Positions 28,043 to 35,688 of a stretch of 37,193 nucleotides of DNA are shown in pieces. Origin of the DNA: Flavobacteriales bacterium. GTDB taxonomy: Bacteria; Bacteroidota; Bacteroidia; Flavobacteriales_F; PHOS-HE28. Location of the stretch: contig JBKJNF010000254.1 in NCBI GenBank assembly GCA_046596155.1, positions 1 to 37,193 on the forward strand, read 5' to 3'. The notes below the pieces were generated by a model, which worked only from the letters and a program-made list of their open reading frames with translations, searched no databases and was not told where the DNA came from. The position numbers and the translations under genes were made by a program. Numbering within the stretch: the stretch's first letter is position 1; each line of letters begins with the position of its first letter.

Positions 28043-28128
28043 CCAACACCAGCGCGTCGCGATCTCGCCAGCGCACGAGCCGGGTTGCCGCATTCCCGAA
28101 GGTCCAAGATGATACCTTAGCGCTCCGC

Positions 28129-28899
28129 ATGCGCGCACTCGTGATCGCTTTCCTGCTTTGCCCGTTCCTGCTGTTCGGACAGATCCAGAACTGGAACCCG
28201 GAGCCCTATCACACGGACAGCGCGCTGATCTTCCACGACGACCTGGATTATTACCTGAACAGCTACAGCCAGGCGGAGATCCGCAGCATGCGCAAGCAGG
28301 TGAACATCTTGCGCATGAACTTCGATAAGGTGATCAAGGCCACCATCGCCGATCTGCGGACGTATAGCGAAGGAGGTGGCATGGTGCCACGCATGCACGA
28401 CTTTGAATTGACCGACGCGCGTGATGGGCACCGCTACAAATTGAGCGAAGAGCGCGGTCGCATCCGGGCCTTCATGTTCGGCAGCATCACCAACCCACCG
28501 GCGCGTTTCCAACTGCCCCTGTGGGACCGCCTGATGGAGAAATACGCCGCCAAGCCTGTGGACCTGTTGGTGATCTACGGAAAGGAACTTCACCCCGGGG
28601 ACCATAAGAAGTTCAAGAACTACCCCGACCCAAAGAGCGAATACGAGAAGCGCGCCTACGCGCAGGAATTCGCGCAGCTTACCAAGCTGCCTGTTTTGGT
28701 GGATGGACTGGATGACTCCGCGCTCAACGCATACGGCCGCGTGCCGAATGGCGTGTATGTCTTCGACAAGAACGACAACCTGGTGTTCCGAGGAACATGG
28801 GCGGACAGCCGGAAGATCGAACAGATCATCGACACGCTTTTGAAGTGGTACGCTGACGGAAAGCCGAAGGCACCGCCCGCTAAGGTGATGACGGATTAG
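28129..28899 (+). CDS. Exported iodothyronine-deiodinase-like thioredoxin-fold protein lacking catalytic Sec/Cys
   Basis: Signal peptide ending LFG-Q; DFELTD, FGSITNPP, IYGKELHPGD and VLVDGLDDSALNAYGRVPNGVYVFD motifs. TACCTTAG at 28113-28120. Confidence 0.75.
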   Translation: MRALVIAFLLCPFLLFGQIQNWNPEPYHTDSALIFHDDLDYYLNSYSQAEIRSMRKQVNILRMNFDKVIKATIADLRTYSEGGGMVPRMHDFELTDARDGHRYKLSEERGRIRAFMFGSITNPPARFQLPLWDRLMEKYAAKPVDLLVIYGKELHPGDHKKFKNYPDPKSEYEKRAYAQEFAQLTKLPVLVDGLDDSALNAYGRVPNGVYVFDKNDNLVFRGTWADSRKIEQIIDTLLKWYADGKPKAPPAKVMTD

Positions 28900-28903
28900 G
28901 TGA

Positions 28904-30289
28904 TCACACCTTCACCAGCTTCCACTTGCCGCGCATGAAGAGCACCGCGCTCAGAACGGCCAGACCGCTCTCGCTGATGGCGATGGATACGGACACGCCG
29001 AGGGGGCCCCACCCGAGCATCTTCGCGAACACGTAGGCCAGTGGGATCTCCATCATCCAGAAGCACACCACGTTCATCCAGGTCGGAGTTAGGGAATCCC
29101 CTGCACCGTTGAAGGCCTGAGCCAGCACCATGCCGTAGCCGTAGAACATATAGCCGAGACAGATCACGCGCAGAGCCTGCACCGCATAGTCGTCCGCCGC
29201 TGTGCTCTGGTGGAAGAAGCCGACGATCCACGGGGCAGCCAGCCAGAAGAACACCGCTACAAAGGCCATGAAGGCCATGTTGTAGTGACCGCAAAGCCAG
29301 GCACTCCGCTCGGCCCGATCAGGCTGCCCTGCTCCGAGGTTCTGCCCTACCAAGGTGGCTGCCGAGTTCGCCATGCCCCACGCGGGCAACATGCTGAAGA
29401 TGATGATGCGAATAGCCACAGCGTACCCGGCCGCAGCGTCCATTCCGGAGGAAGCCACGATGCGCACCAGGAATGTCCAACTGGCGCTGGCAATGAAGAA
29501 CTGACCGATGCTGCCAGCGCTGATCTTCAACAAGCTGCCGATCACCTTCCACACGGGCCGCATGTCCGGCAACTTCAACGCGAAAGGGCCATCGGCCTTT
29601 AACAGGAAGTACAACTGCAGCAGCACACCCACGCTACGCCCCGTTGTGGTGGCCACGGCGGCACCTGTAACACCCATCGCGGGGAATGGGCCGATCCCGA
29701 AGATCAGCAGCGGGTCCAGGACGATGTTGATGAGATTCGCCAGGCCAAGGGTCCACAGCGCCATGCTCGCCAGGCCCTTTCCGCGGAATACCGCGTTCAT
29801 GGTAAAGAGCAGCATGATCACCACGTTGCTGGCGAGCATGATCCGGGCGTACGCACCGCCCACGTTCACTACGCCTTCGTCCGCACCCATCAGGCCTAGC
29901 AGCTCAGGCGCGAACCACGCGGTGGGCAGTGCAAACACCAACCCACAGGCCATTGCCATCACCAGGCTTTGCCCCGAGGCCACACGCGCTCCTTCAGCGT
30001 CCTTCTCTCCCGTTCGTCTCGCCACCAGAGCCGTGGCACCCACCCCAAGGCCCCAGGCCACGCTATACACCATCACCAGCATGCCTTCCGTAAGGCCGAT
30101 CGTGGCCGTGGCCTGCACACCAAGCCGGCTAACGAACAGGGCATCCACCAAGGCGAACAAGGCCTCCATGCCCATCTCCAGCACCATGGGTATGCTCAAC
30201 AGAACGATCGCACGGCGAACCCCCATACGGGTATAGTCGCGCTCGCCACCTTGAAAGGAGTCCCTCACTATGTCGATCAATCGACCCAT
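28904..30289 (-). CDS. MATE family efflux transporter
   Basis: LSIPMVLEM, VDALFVSRLG, NIVLDPLLIFG, MGVTGAAVAT and VGQNLGA motifs; about 12 transmembrane segments. Confidence 0.93.
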   Translation of the reverse strand: MGRLIDIVRDSFQGGERDYTRMGVRRAIVLLSIPMVLEMGMEALFALVDALFVSRLGVQATATIGLTEGMLVMVYSVAWGLGVGATALVARRTGEKDAEGARVASGQSLVMAMACGLVFALPTAWFAPELLGLMGADEGVVNVGGAYARIMLASNVVIMLLFTMNAVFRGKGLASMALWTLGLANLINIVLDPLLIFGIGPFPAMGVTGAAVATTTGRSVGVLLQLYFLLKADGPFALKLPDMRPVWKVIGSLLKISAGSIGQFFIASASWTFLVRIVASSGMDAAAGYAVAIRIIIFSMLPAWGMANSAATLVGQNLGAGQPDRAERSAWLCGHYNMAFMAFVAVFFWLAAPWIVGFFHQSTAADDYAVQALRVICLGYMFYGYGMVLAQAFNGAGDSLTPTWMNVVCFWMMEIPLAYVFAKMLGWGPLGVSVSIAISESGLAVLSAVLFMRGKWKLVKV

Positions 30290-30361
30290 GTTCCGGCAAA
30301 GGTGATCGACGCGGCCCTGTTAATGTTTTGTTGATCAGGCCCACCCCGGGAAACATGGTCC

Positions 30362-30369
30362 TACGTTTG
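30362..30369 (+). promoter_or_regulatory. Bacteroidota -7 promoter element
   Basis: TACGTTTG, a perfect TAnnTTTG match, followed by an A/C-rich leader to ATG 30402. Confidence 0.6.
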
Positions 30370-30401
30370 CGTCGTAATAACACCGAAACACAACCCTTCA
30401 C

Positions 30402-30863
30402 ATGAAAAAGCTCATCGCAACTCTCAGCCTCGGCGCACTGTTCCTCGGTGCTATGGCCCAGGACGGCAAAGTCGTTGGCGGCTCCGGCCCCATGATCTCC
30501 GTTGACAAGGAAGTCCACGACTACGGCACCATCGACCAAGGCGCGAACGGCACCTGCGAGTTCAAAGTGACCAACACCGGCGACCAGCCTCTGATCATCA
30601 GCAACTGCAAAGGCAGCTGCGGATGCACCGTGCCCAAGTGCGATACGGCACCTGTTGCTCCCGGCCAAACGACGATCGTGACGGTGAAGTATGATAGCAA
30701 CCGTGTAGGTCCTATCAACAAGAGCGTGACCATCAGCAGCAATGCAGCAAACGCTCCTGAGAAGATCGTACGCATCAAAGGCGAGATCAAGGCCAGCGCC
30801 ACCGCACCTGCCAGCCCTGTGAAGGAAGTGAGCCCGATGGCACCGACCGAAGGCGGCCACTAA
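30402..30863 (+). CDS. DUF1573 domain exported protein
   Basis: Signal peptide ending AMA-Q; HDYGTI, FKVTNTGDQPLII, GSCGCTVP and PVAPG motifs. Confidence 0.9.
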   Translation: MKKLIATLSLGALFLGAMAQDGKVVGGSGPMISVDKEVHDYGTIDQGANGTCEFKVTNTGDQPLIISNCKGSCGCTVPKCDTAPVAPGQTTIVTVKYDSNRVGPINKSVTISSNAANAPEKIVRIKGEIKASATAPASPVKEVSPMAPTEGGH

Positions 30864-30882
30864 GCCTCCAGCTACTCCGCTT

Positions 30883-30920
30883 CGAAGCCCCCTGACCTGT
30901 CGGGGGGCTTCGCCTTTCTT
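30883..30920 (+). terminator. Rho-independent terminator
   Basis: CGAAGCCCCCTGA/TCGGGGGGCTTCG stem followed by CCTTTCTT, about 20 nt after the stop. Confidence 0.8.
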
Positions 30921-30953
30921 ACCGATCTTCGCGATCTGAAAGCCCTATCCTGC

Positions 30954-32183
30954 ATGCCCACCATCTCTCAAAAAGGCCAGCACATGCCGGCCTCGCCCAT
31001 CCGCAAACTCGTGCCCTTCGCCGAAGCGGCCAAAGAACGCGGAACGCAGGTGCTTCACCTCAACATTGGTCAACCCGATATCCGCACACCACACGTGGCG
31101 CTGGATGCCATCCGGAACATGGACCTGAAGGTGGTGGAGTACAGCCACAGCGCCGGGAACGAGAGCTACCGCAAGGGCCTGGCCGTGTATTACGACCAGC
31201 ATGGGCTGCCGCTCACGCACGAACAGATCATCATCACCACCGGCGGCTCGGAGGCGTTGCTCTTCGGCATGATGGCCTGCTTTGATGAGGGTGATGAGCT
31301 CATCATCCCTGAGCCATTCTACGCCAACTACAACAGCTTCGCCCTTAGCGCAGGCGTGAAGGTGGTGCCCGTGCGTAGCGGCATCGACACCGGATTCGCC
31401 CTGCCGCCGATCACTGAGTTCGAGAAGCTCATCACCCCGCGCACCAAGGGCATCCTGATCTGCAACCCGGGCAACCCAACAGGCTACCTCTATTCCCGTA
31501 TGGAGATGGAGGCCCTGCGCGATGTGGTGAAGAAGCACGACCTCTACCTCTTCAGCGATGAGGTGTACCGCGAGTTCTGCTACGACGGCGCCGAGCATGT
31601 GAGCGCCCTCACCCTGCAGGGCCTCGAACAGAACGTGGTGCTGATCGATAGCGTGAGCAAACGGTACAGCATGTGCGGCGCGCGTATCGGAGCGTTCATC
31701 ACGCGCAACAAGGAGTTGCTCGCCACGGTCCTCAAGTTCGCCCAGGCCCGCTTGAGCCCACCCACATTCGGCCAGATCGCCGGAGAGGCCGCCTTGCGCA
31801 CCCCGCAGAGCTACTTCGATGAGGTGATCGCCGAATACCGCACGCGCCGCGACACACTGGTGGACGGGCTCAACACCATCCCCGGTGTGCGGTGTGCCAA
31901 GCCCAAGGGCGCGTTCTACTGCGTAGCCGAACTACCCATCGATGATTCGGACCGCTTCTGCCAGTGGCTCCTGGAGAACTTTGAGCACAAAGGCCATACG
32001 GTGATGATGGCGCCAGCAACAGGCTTCTATTCCGACCCGCTCCCCGGGAAAAAGCAGGTGCGTTTGGCCTACGTGCTGGAGAACCCCAAGCTGGAACTCG
32101 CCGTGGAATGCCTGCGTGAAGCTTTGCTGCGCTATCCCGGTCGAAATGCCGAGGCCGGCCGGGTGGAGGCGCTGGTCCGCTGA
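30954..32183 (+). CDS. PLP-dependent aminotransferase class I/II (aspartate aminotransferase-like)
   Basis: LNIGQPD, TTGGSEAL, NPGNPTG, SDEVY and DSVSKRYSMCGARIG (PLP lysine) motifs. Confidence 0.93.
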   Translation: MPTISQKGQHMPASPIRKLVPFAEAAKERGTQVLHLNIGQPDIRTPHVALDAIRNMDLKVVEYSHSAGNESYRKGLAVYYDQHGLPLTHEQIIITTGGSEALLFGMMACFDEGDELIIPEPFYANYNSFALSAGVKVVPVRSGIDTGFALPPITEFEKLITPRTKGILICNPGNPTGYLYSRMEMEALRDVVKKHDLYLFSDEVYREFCYDGAEHVSALTLQGLEQNVVLIDSVSKRYSMCGARIGAFITRNKELLATVLKFAQARLSPPTFGQIAGEAALRTPQSYFDEVIAEYRTRRDTLVDGLNTIPGVRCAKPKGAFYCVAELPIDDSDRFCQWLLENFEHKGHTVMMAPATGFYSDPLPGKKQVRLAYVLENPKLELAVECLREALLRYPGRNAEAGRVEALVR

Positions 32184-32223
32184 TCGCTTCTGAAAGGCAA
32201 CTTTTCCATCAGGTCACCGTCTT

Positions 32224-32256
32224 CGTGCCGATCGGTTAGCTTTACTGATCGGCATG
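32224..32256 (+). promoter_or_regulatory. 13-bp hairpin whose 3' arm contains the downstream start codon
   Basis: CGTGCCGATCGGT-tagcttt-ACTGATCGGCATG (two G-U pairs); a -7-like TAGCTTTA spans the loop. Confidence 0.5.
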
Positions 32257-32721
32257 AAAATACCCCTACCCTGTATTCGTCGTTCCTTGGTCCTGTTCTT
32301 GTTCATTCTGACCATCAGTGTTGGAGTGGATGTTCGCGCTCAGAAGCCCGTGGAGCGTACTTACATGATCGAGTTCTCTGGATTGGATGACCGCTCGGAT
32401 GAGAAGGTCGTACTCGCCGCCTTGATCGACCAGGACCCCAACGCATTGATCAGCATTGCCCTCGTCACGCACAAAGCCAAGGTGCGTACGGTCGCCGAAC
32501 TTGATCGCTCCGCTCTCCAAAACACCATCACTTCGTACGGGATCGCCGTGGTTCGATTCAACCAGTTGGTGACCGTCCCAATGGAACATCCGGACCGGCA
32601 GGCCGTGGGTCTCGATGCGCAGGGCGAAGAAGCCTATCGGCAACAGAAGCTACAATGGATGGATGAGCATCCCGGCGTGCCATTCCCTGCGACCGAACAG
32701 CAAGTACCTCATGAGCACTGA
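32254..32721 (+). CDS. Small exported hypothetical protein, cassette 1 (HMA-like fold without CxxC)
   Basis: Signal peptide ending VRA-Q; shares EKxVxxALxD, ELDR and AYxxxKxxWxxxHP with 35161-35688; overlaps the next gene by 11 nt. Confidence 0.75.
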   Translation: MKIPLPCIRRSLVLFLFILTISVGVDVRAQKPVERTYMIEFSGLDDRSDEKVVLAALIDQDPNALISIALVTHKAKVRTVAELDRSALQNTITSYGIAVVRFNQLVTVPMEHPDRQAVGLDAQGEEAYRQQKLQWMDEHPGVPFPATEQQVPHEH

Positions 32722-35008
32722 GCGCTCATATCGTCGAGAGGTCAAGACCGCATTCAGGCAGTGCCTCGTGCTGATGATCATGTTCATCTCCGGCCTAGGT
32801 GCTTCCGCCCAGTGCCTGAATAACAATACGCTGACCGGTACCGCTGTCACCGTGGCCTGTCCGGGCACCGTGACCGTGCCTTGTGTGCAAGGTGGGCAAT
32901 ATGCCTTGGTGAACGTCTCCTTGGGTAACATCTATACGTTCTCCACCTGCTCAAGTACCGCATTCGATACTGAGATATCGGTATACAACAACAGCGGAGG
33001 TCCCAGCCTCGCATACAACGATGATGGATGCGGACTGCAAAGCTCTATTGCGTGGACTTCCACCATCAGTGGGCAGGTTCGCGTGCTGGTCGACCAATTT
33101 CCGTGCGGCAGCAACACGATCTGCATCCCGCTCACTATTGCGTGTGCTGCTCCACCCCCTCCGCTTAGCAACGATAACCCATGCCAGGCCATCGCACTCA
33201 CGGTGACCACCAACTGCAGCCCTAGCACATACAGCAACATAGGAGGAACGCTTACTACAACTCCGGTCATCCCACCACCAGGTTGCAGCATCCTTGGTGC
33301 CGGATCATCCGATGTTTGGTTCTCGTTTGTAGCCCCGCCCTCCGGCATTGCCATCATCGAGAGCGGTGCGGGTAGTATGACAGATGGGGCCATGGCACTT
33401 TACACGGCCACTCCTACCTGTTCGGGCACGTATAACTTGGTCCAATGCGACGATGATAGTGGTCCCGGGTTCATGCCCTTCCTGAACTTCAACAACCTGA
33501 CGCCCGGGCAGACCTACTTCATCCGGTTCTGGGGGTTCGGCACGGCCACTGGAACGTTCACCTTGTGCGTGCACGGTCCCACCACGTTGCCCGCCACGAA
33601 CTGCTCGTATCTGCTGGAGGTCTTCGACTCGTTCGGTGATGGTTGGGGCGGTTCCTATGTTTCCGTATTCATCAATGGAAGCCCGGCGGGGGTGTTCACC
33701 TGCAACAATGCATACAACGCGTTCCTCATCGGCGTGAACATCGGACAGGTGCTTGTGCTGCAATACACCGCCGTAGGCCCCTTCGAGTTCGACAACTTGT
33801 ATACCCTGAGCTTCCAAAGCACAGGACAGACAGTGTACAACTCAGGAACTCCGCCTGCCCCGGGCATCGTGTATTCCACCACCATCACCTGCAACCCCCC
33901 ACCCGCCACGCCGGAGGATTGTGTAGGCGGAGCCACCATCTGCAACAACCTTGGCATCAACAACAACACGAACAGCACGGGCAGCGTGGCAGACCTGAAC
34001 CCCGGCAACTACGGCTGCCTGCTTGCGGCTGAGCAGCAAGGTACTTGGTACAACTTCGCCATTTCCAGCGGAGGAACCCTGGGCATGACCATCGACCCTT
34101 CCGGCAATGATGACTATGACTGGGCGATCTGGGGCCCTTATCCACCGGGTTCAACCACAACAGGTGTCTGTCCTCCGTTGGGCCCCCCCGTCCGGTGCTC
34201 CTTCGCATCCGGATCCGACTCCTTTATTACAACGGGCAGTTATAACACCGGAACCGGTACGCCCACGGCGGCCTGGGCCAGCCCACAATTCGCCCCACCG
34301 CTGCCGGCCCTCTCCGACCCGGTCGGTGGTGACGGATGGACTCCGGGTATGAACGTCAGCATCGGGCAGGTCTACCTTTTGTACATCAGCAATTTCAGCC
34401 TGTCGGGCCAGAGCTTCGCGCTGAGCTGGCAACTGGGAGCTGGTGCTTCTCTCGATTGTACTGTCCTGCCCATGGAACTTGTGCATCTGGACGCCAGCTG
34501 GGAAGATGATAAGGCCTTGGTCTCCTGGATCACAGCTTCGGAGCAGAACTCCGATTATTTCACAGTTGAGCGATCAGTGGATGGTCGGTTGTTCGAAGCG
34601 GTCGGCACGCTGCCCGCGCAAGGGAACAGCCAACAGTCCATCTCCTATCAATTGGTCGATCCAGATCCTGCGACGGGGATCAGCTATTACCGGTTGATCC
34701 AAGCTGACCTTGATGGGGCGACTTGGGTCTCTCACGTGGTTGAGCTCAAGAACGGCAATGCCGGCGCGATCGCTTTTCCATTCCCCAATCCAGCCCAGAA
34801 CGATCTGTGGGTGCCCCTCCCCAACGGTCACTCTATTGACCGCATCACCATCTACGATCTTCAGGGTCACGAACTCCGATCAACCGCTGTGCTTCGAAGT
34901 GAACACATCTCGCATATGGACCTTCAGGACCTCCCGGATGGATCTTACATGGTGGTTTCCATGGCCGCCGATGGCCTAAGCCACAGGTCGGCGGTGGTGA
35001 AGCATTGA
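32711..35008 (+). CDS. Cys-rich modular secreted protein with T9SS type A CTD, cassette 1
   Basis: Signal peptide ending ASA-Q; modules YTFSTC...NDDGCG, NDNPC...DVWFSF...YFIRFW, FDSFGDGW and EDCVG...DDYDWAIWGP; then LPMEL...W.TASEQNSDYFTVERS and FPNPA...GSYMV...VVKH. Confidence 0.88.
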   Translation: MSTERSYRREVKTAFRQCLVLMIMFISGLGASAQCLNNNTLTGTAVTVACPGTVTVPCVQGGQYALVNVSLGNIYTFSTCSSTAFDTEISVYNNSGGPSLAYNDDGCGLQSSIAWTSTISGQVRVLVDQFPCGSNTICIPLTIACAAPPPPLSNDNPCQAIALTVTTNCSPSTYSNIGGTLTTTPVIPPPGCSILGAGSSDVWFSFVAPPSGIAIIESGAGSMTDGAMALYTATPTCSGTYNLVQCDDDSGPGFMPFLNFNNLTPGQTYFIRFWGFGTATGTFTLCVHGPTTLPATNCSYLLEVFDSFGDGWGGSYVSVFINGSPAGVFTCNNAYNAFLIGVNIGQVLVLQYTAVGPFEFDNLYTLSFQSTGQTVYNSGTPPAPGIVYSTTITCNPPPATPEDCVGGATICNNLGINNNTNSTGSVADLNPGNYGCLLAAEQQGTWYNFAISSGGTLGMTIDPSGNDDYDWAIWGPYPPGSTTTGVCPPLGPPVRCSFASGSDSFITTGSYNTGTGTPTAAWASPQFAPPLPALSDPVGGDGWTPGMNVSIGQVYLLYISNFSLSGQSFALSWQLGAGASLDCTVLPMELVHLDASWEDDKALVSWITASEQNSDYFTVERSVDGRLFEAVGTLPAQGNSQQSISYQLVDPDPATGISYYRLIQADLDGATWVSHVVELKNGNAGAIAFPFPNPAQNDLWVPLPNGHSIDRITIYDLQGHELRSTAVLRSEHISHMDLQDLPDGSYMVVSMAADGLSHRSAVVKH

Positions 35009-35160
35009 GCCCTTGGAGTATTCAGGCCTGGCCAAGGTCCGGTTGGCTGTTCACCCCGGCCTGTTGAAAGACAGCGGCTTGTGCTTGGTCACTTGACCGT
35101 TCGTTCAACCCTTATTTGGGGCACCTACCATCTACTGGACGATGGTCGAAAAAGGTTCTC

Positions 35161-35688
35161 ATGCGAACACCGGTCACCGCCACCGCGATCCCATCGCGAT
35201 CGTTAGAACACTTCGTACGCGCGTTCCTGCTGATCATGCTTCCGCTAACCGCCATTCATACTGTCCGCGGTCAGGGTGAAGCACAGCATGCCTACCTGCT
35301 GACGTTGGCGGAGTGTAACTCCGATGAACGCGAGAAAGCGGTCTGGGAGGCGCTGTTGGATTGGGGCGTGTTCGTGCGTGTAGAGGTCGTGCGCGCGGAT
35401 CAGCAAGTGAAAATGCTCTCTAATAGCGAGCTCGATCGCGCTTCCGTGGAACAAGCCTTGGCCGGCACGGATGTGATCATCACCAGTATGGTGGACCTGA
35501 TGACGGGTGCGCATATGGGGCCTGATAACAACGAACTGGGTGCTTTCGTGCAACCCGGAGAACAGGGCCCCACCCATCAGGATGATCCGGCCTACACCTT
35601 GGCCAAACAGGCTTGGCTTGCCGCGCATCCCACTTGGCAGAAGGAACATCCCGATACGTCGTCCGAAGTGGATATCGAAAACGAATGA
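35161..35688 (+). CDS. Small exported hypothetical protein, cassette 2 (paralogue of 32254-32721)
   Basis: Signal peptide ending VRG-Q; EKAVWEALLD, ELDR and AYTLAKQAWLAAHP; stop overlaps the next start (ATGA). Confidence 0.75.
   Translation: MRTPVTATAIPSRSLEHFVRAFLLIMLPLTAIHTVRGQGEAQHAYLLTLAECNSDEREKAVWEALLDWGVFVRVEVVRADQQVKMLSNSELDRASVEQALAGTDVIITSMVDLMTGAHMGPDNNELGAFVQPGEQGPTHQDDPAYTLAKQAWLAAHPTWQKEHPDTSSEVDIENE

Noticed and set aside
28471-28520. Possible selenoprotein (UGA read-through) in the deiodinase-like gene
   Set aside because: The active-site codon is AAC, not TGA, and the ORF is uninterrupted.
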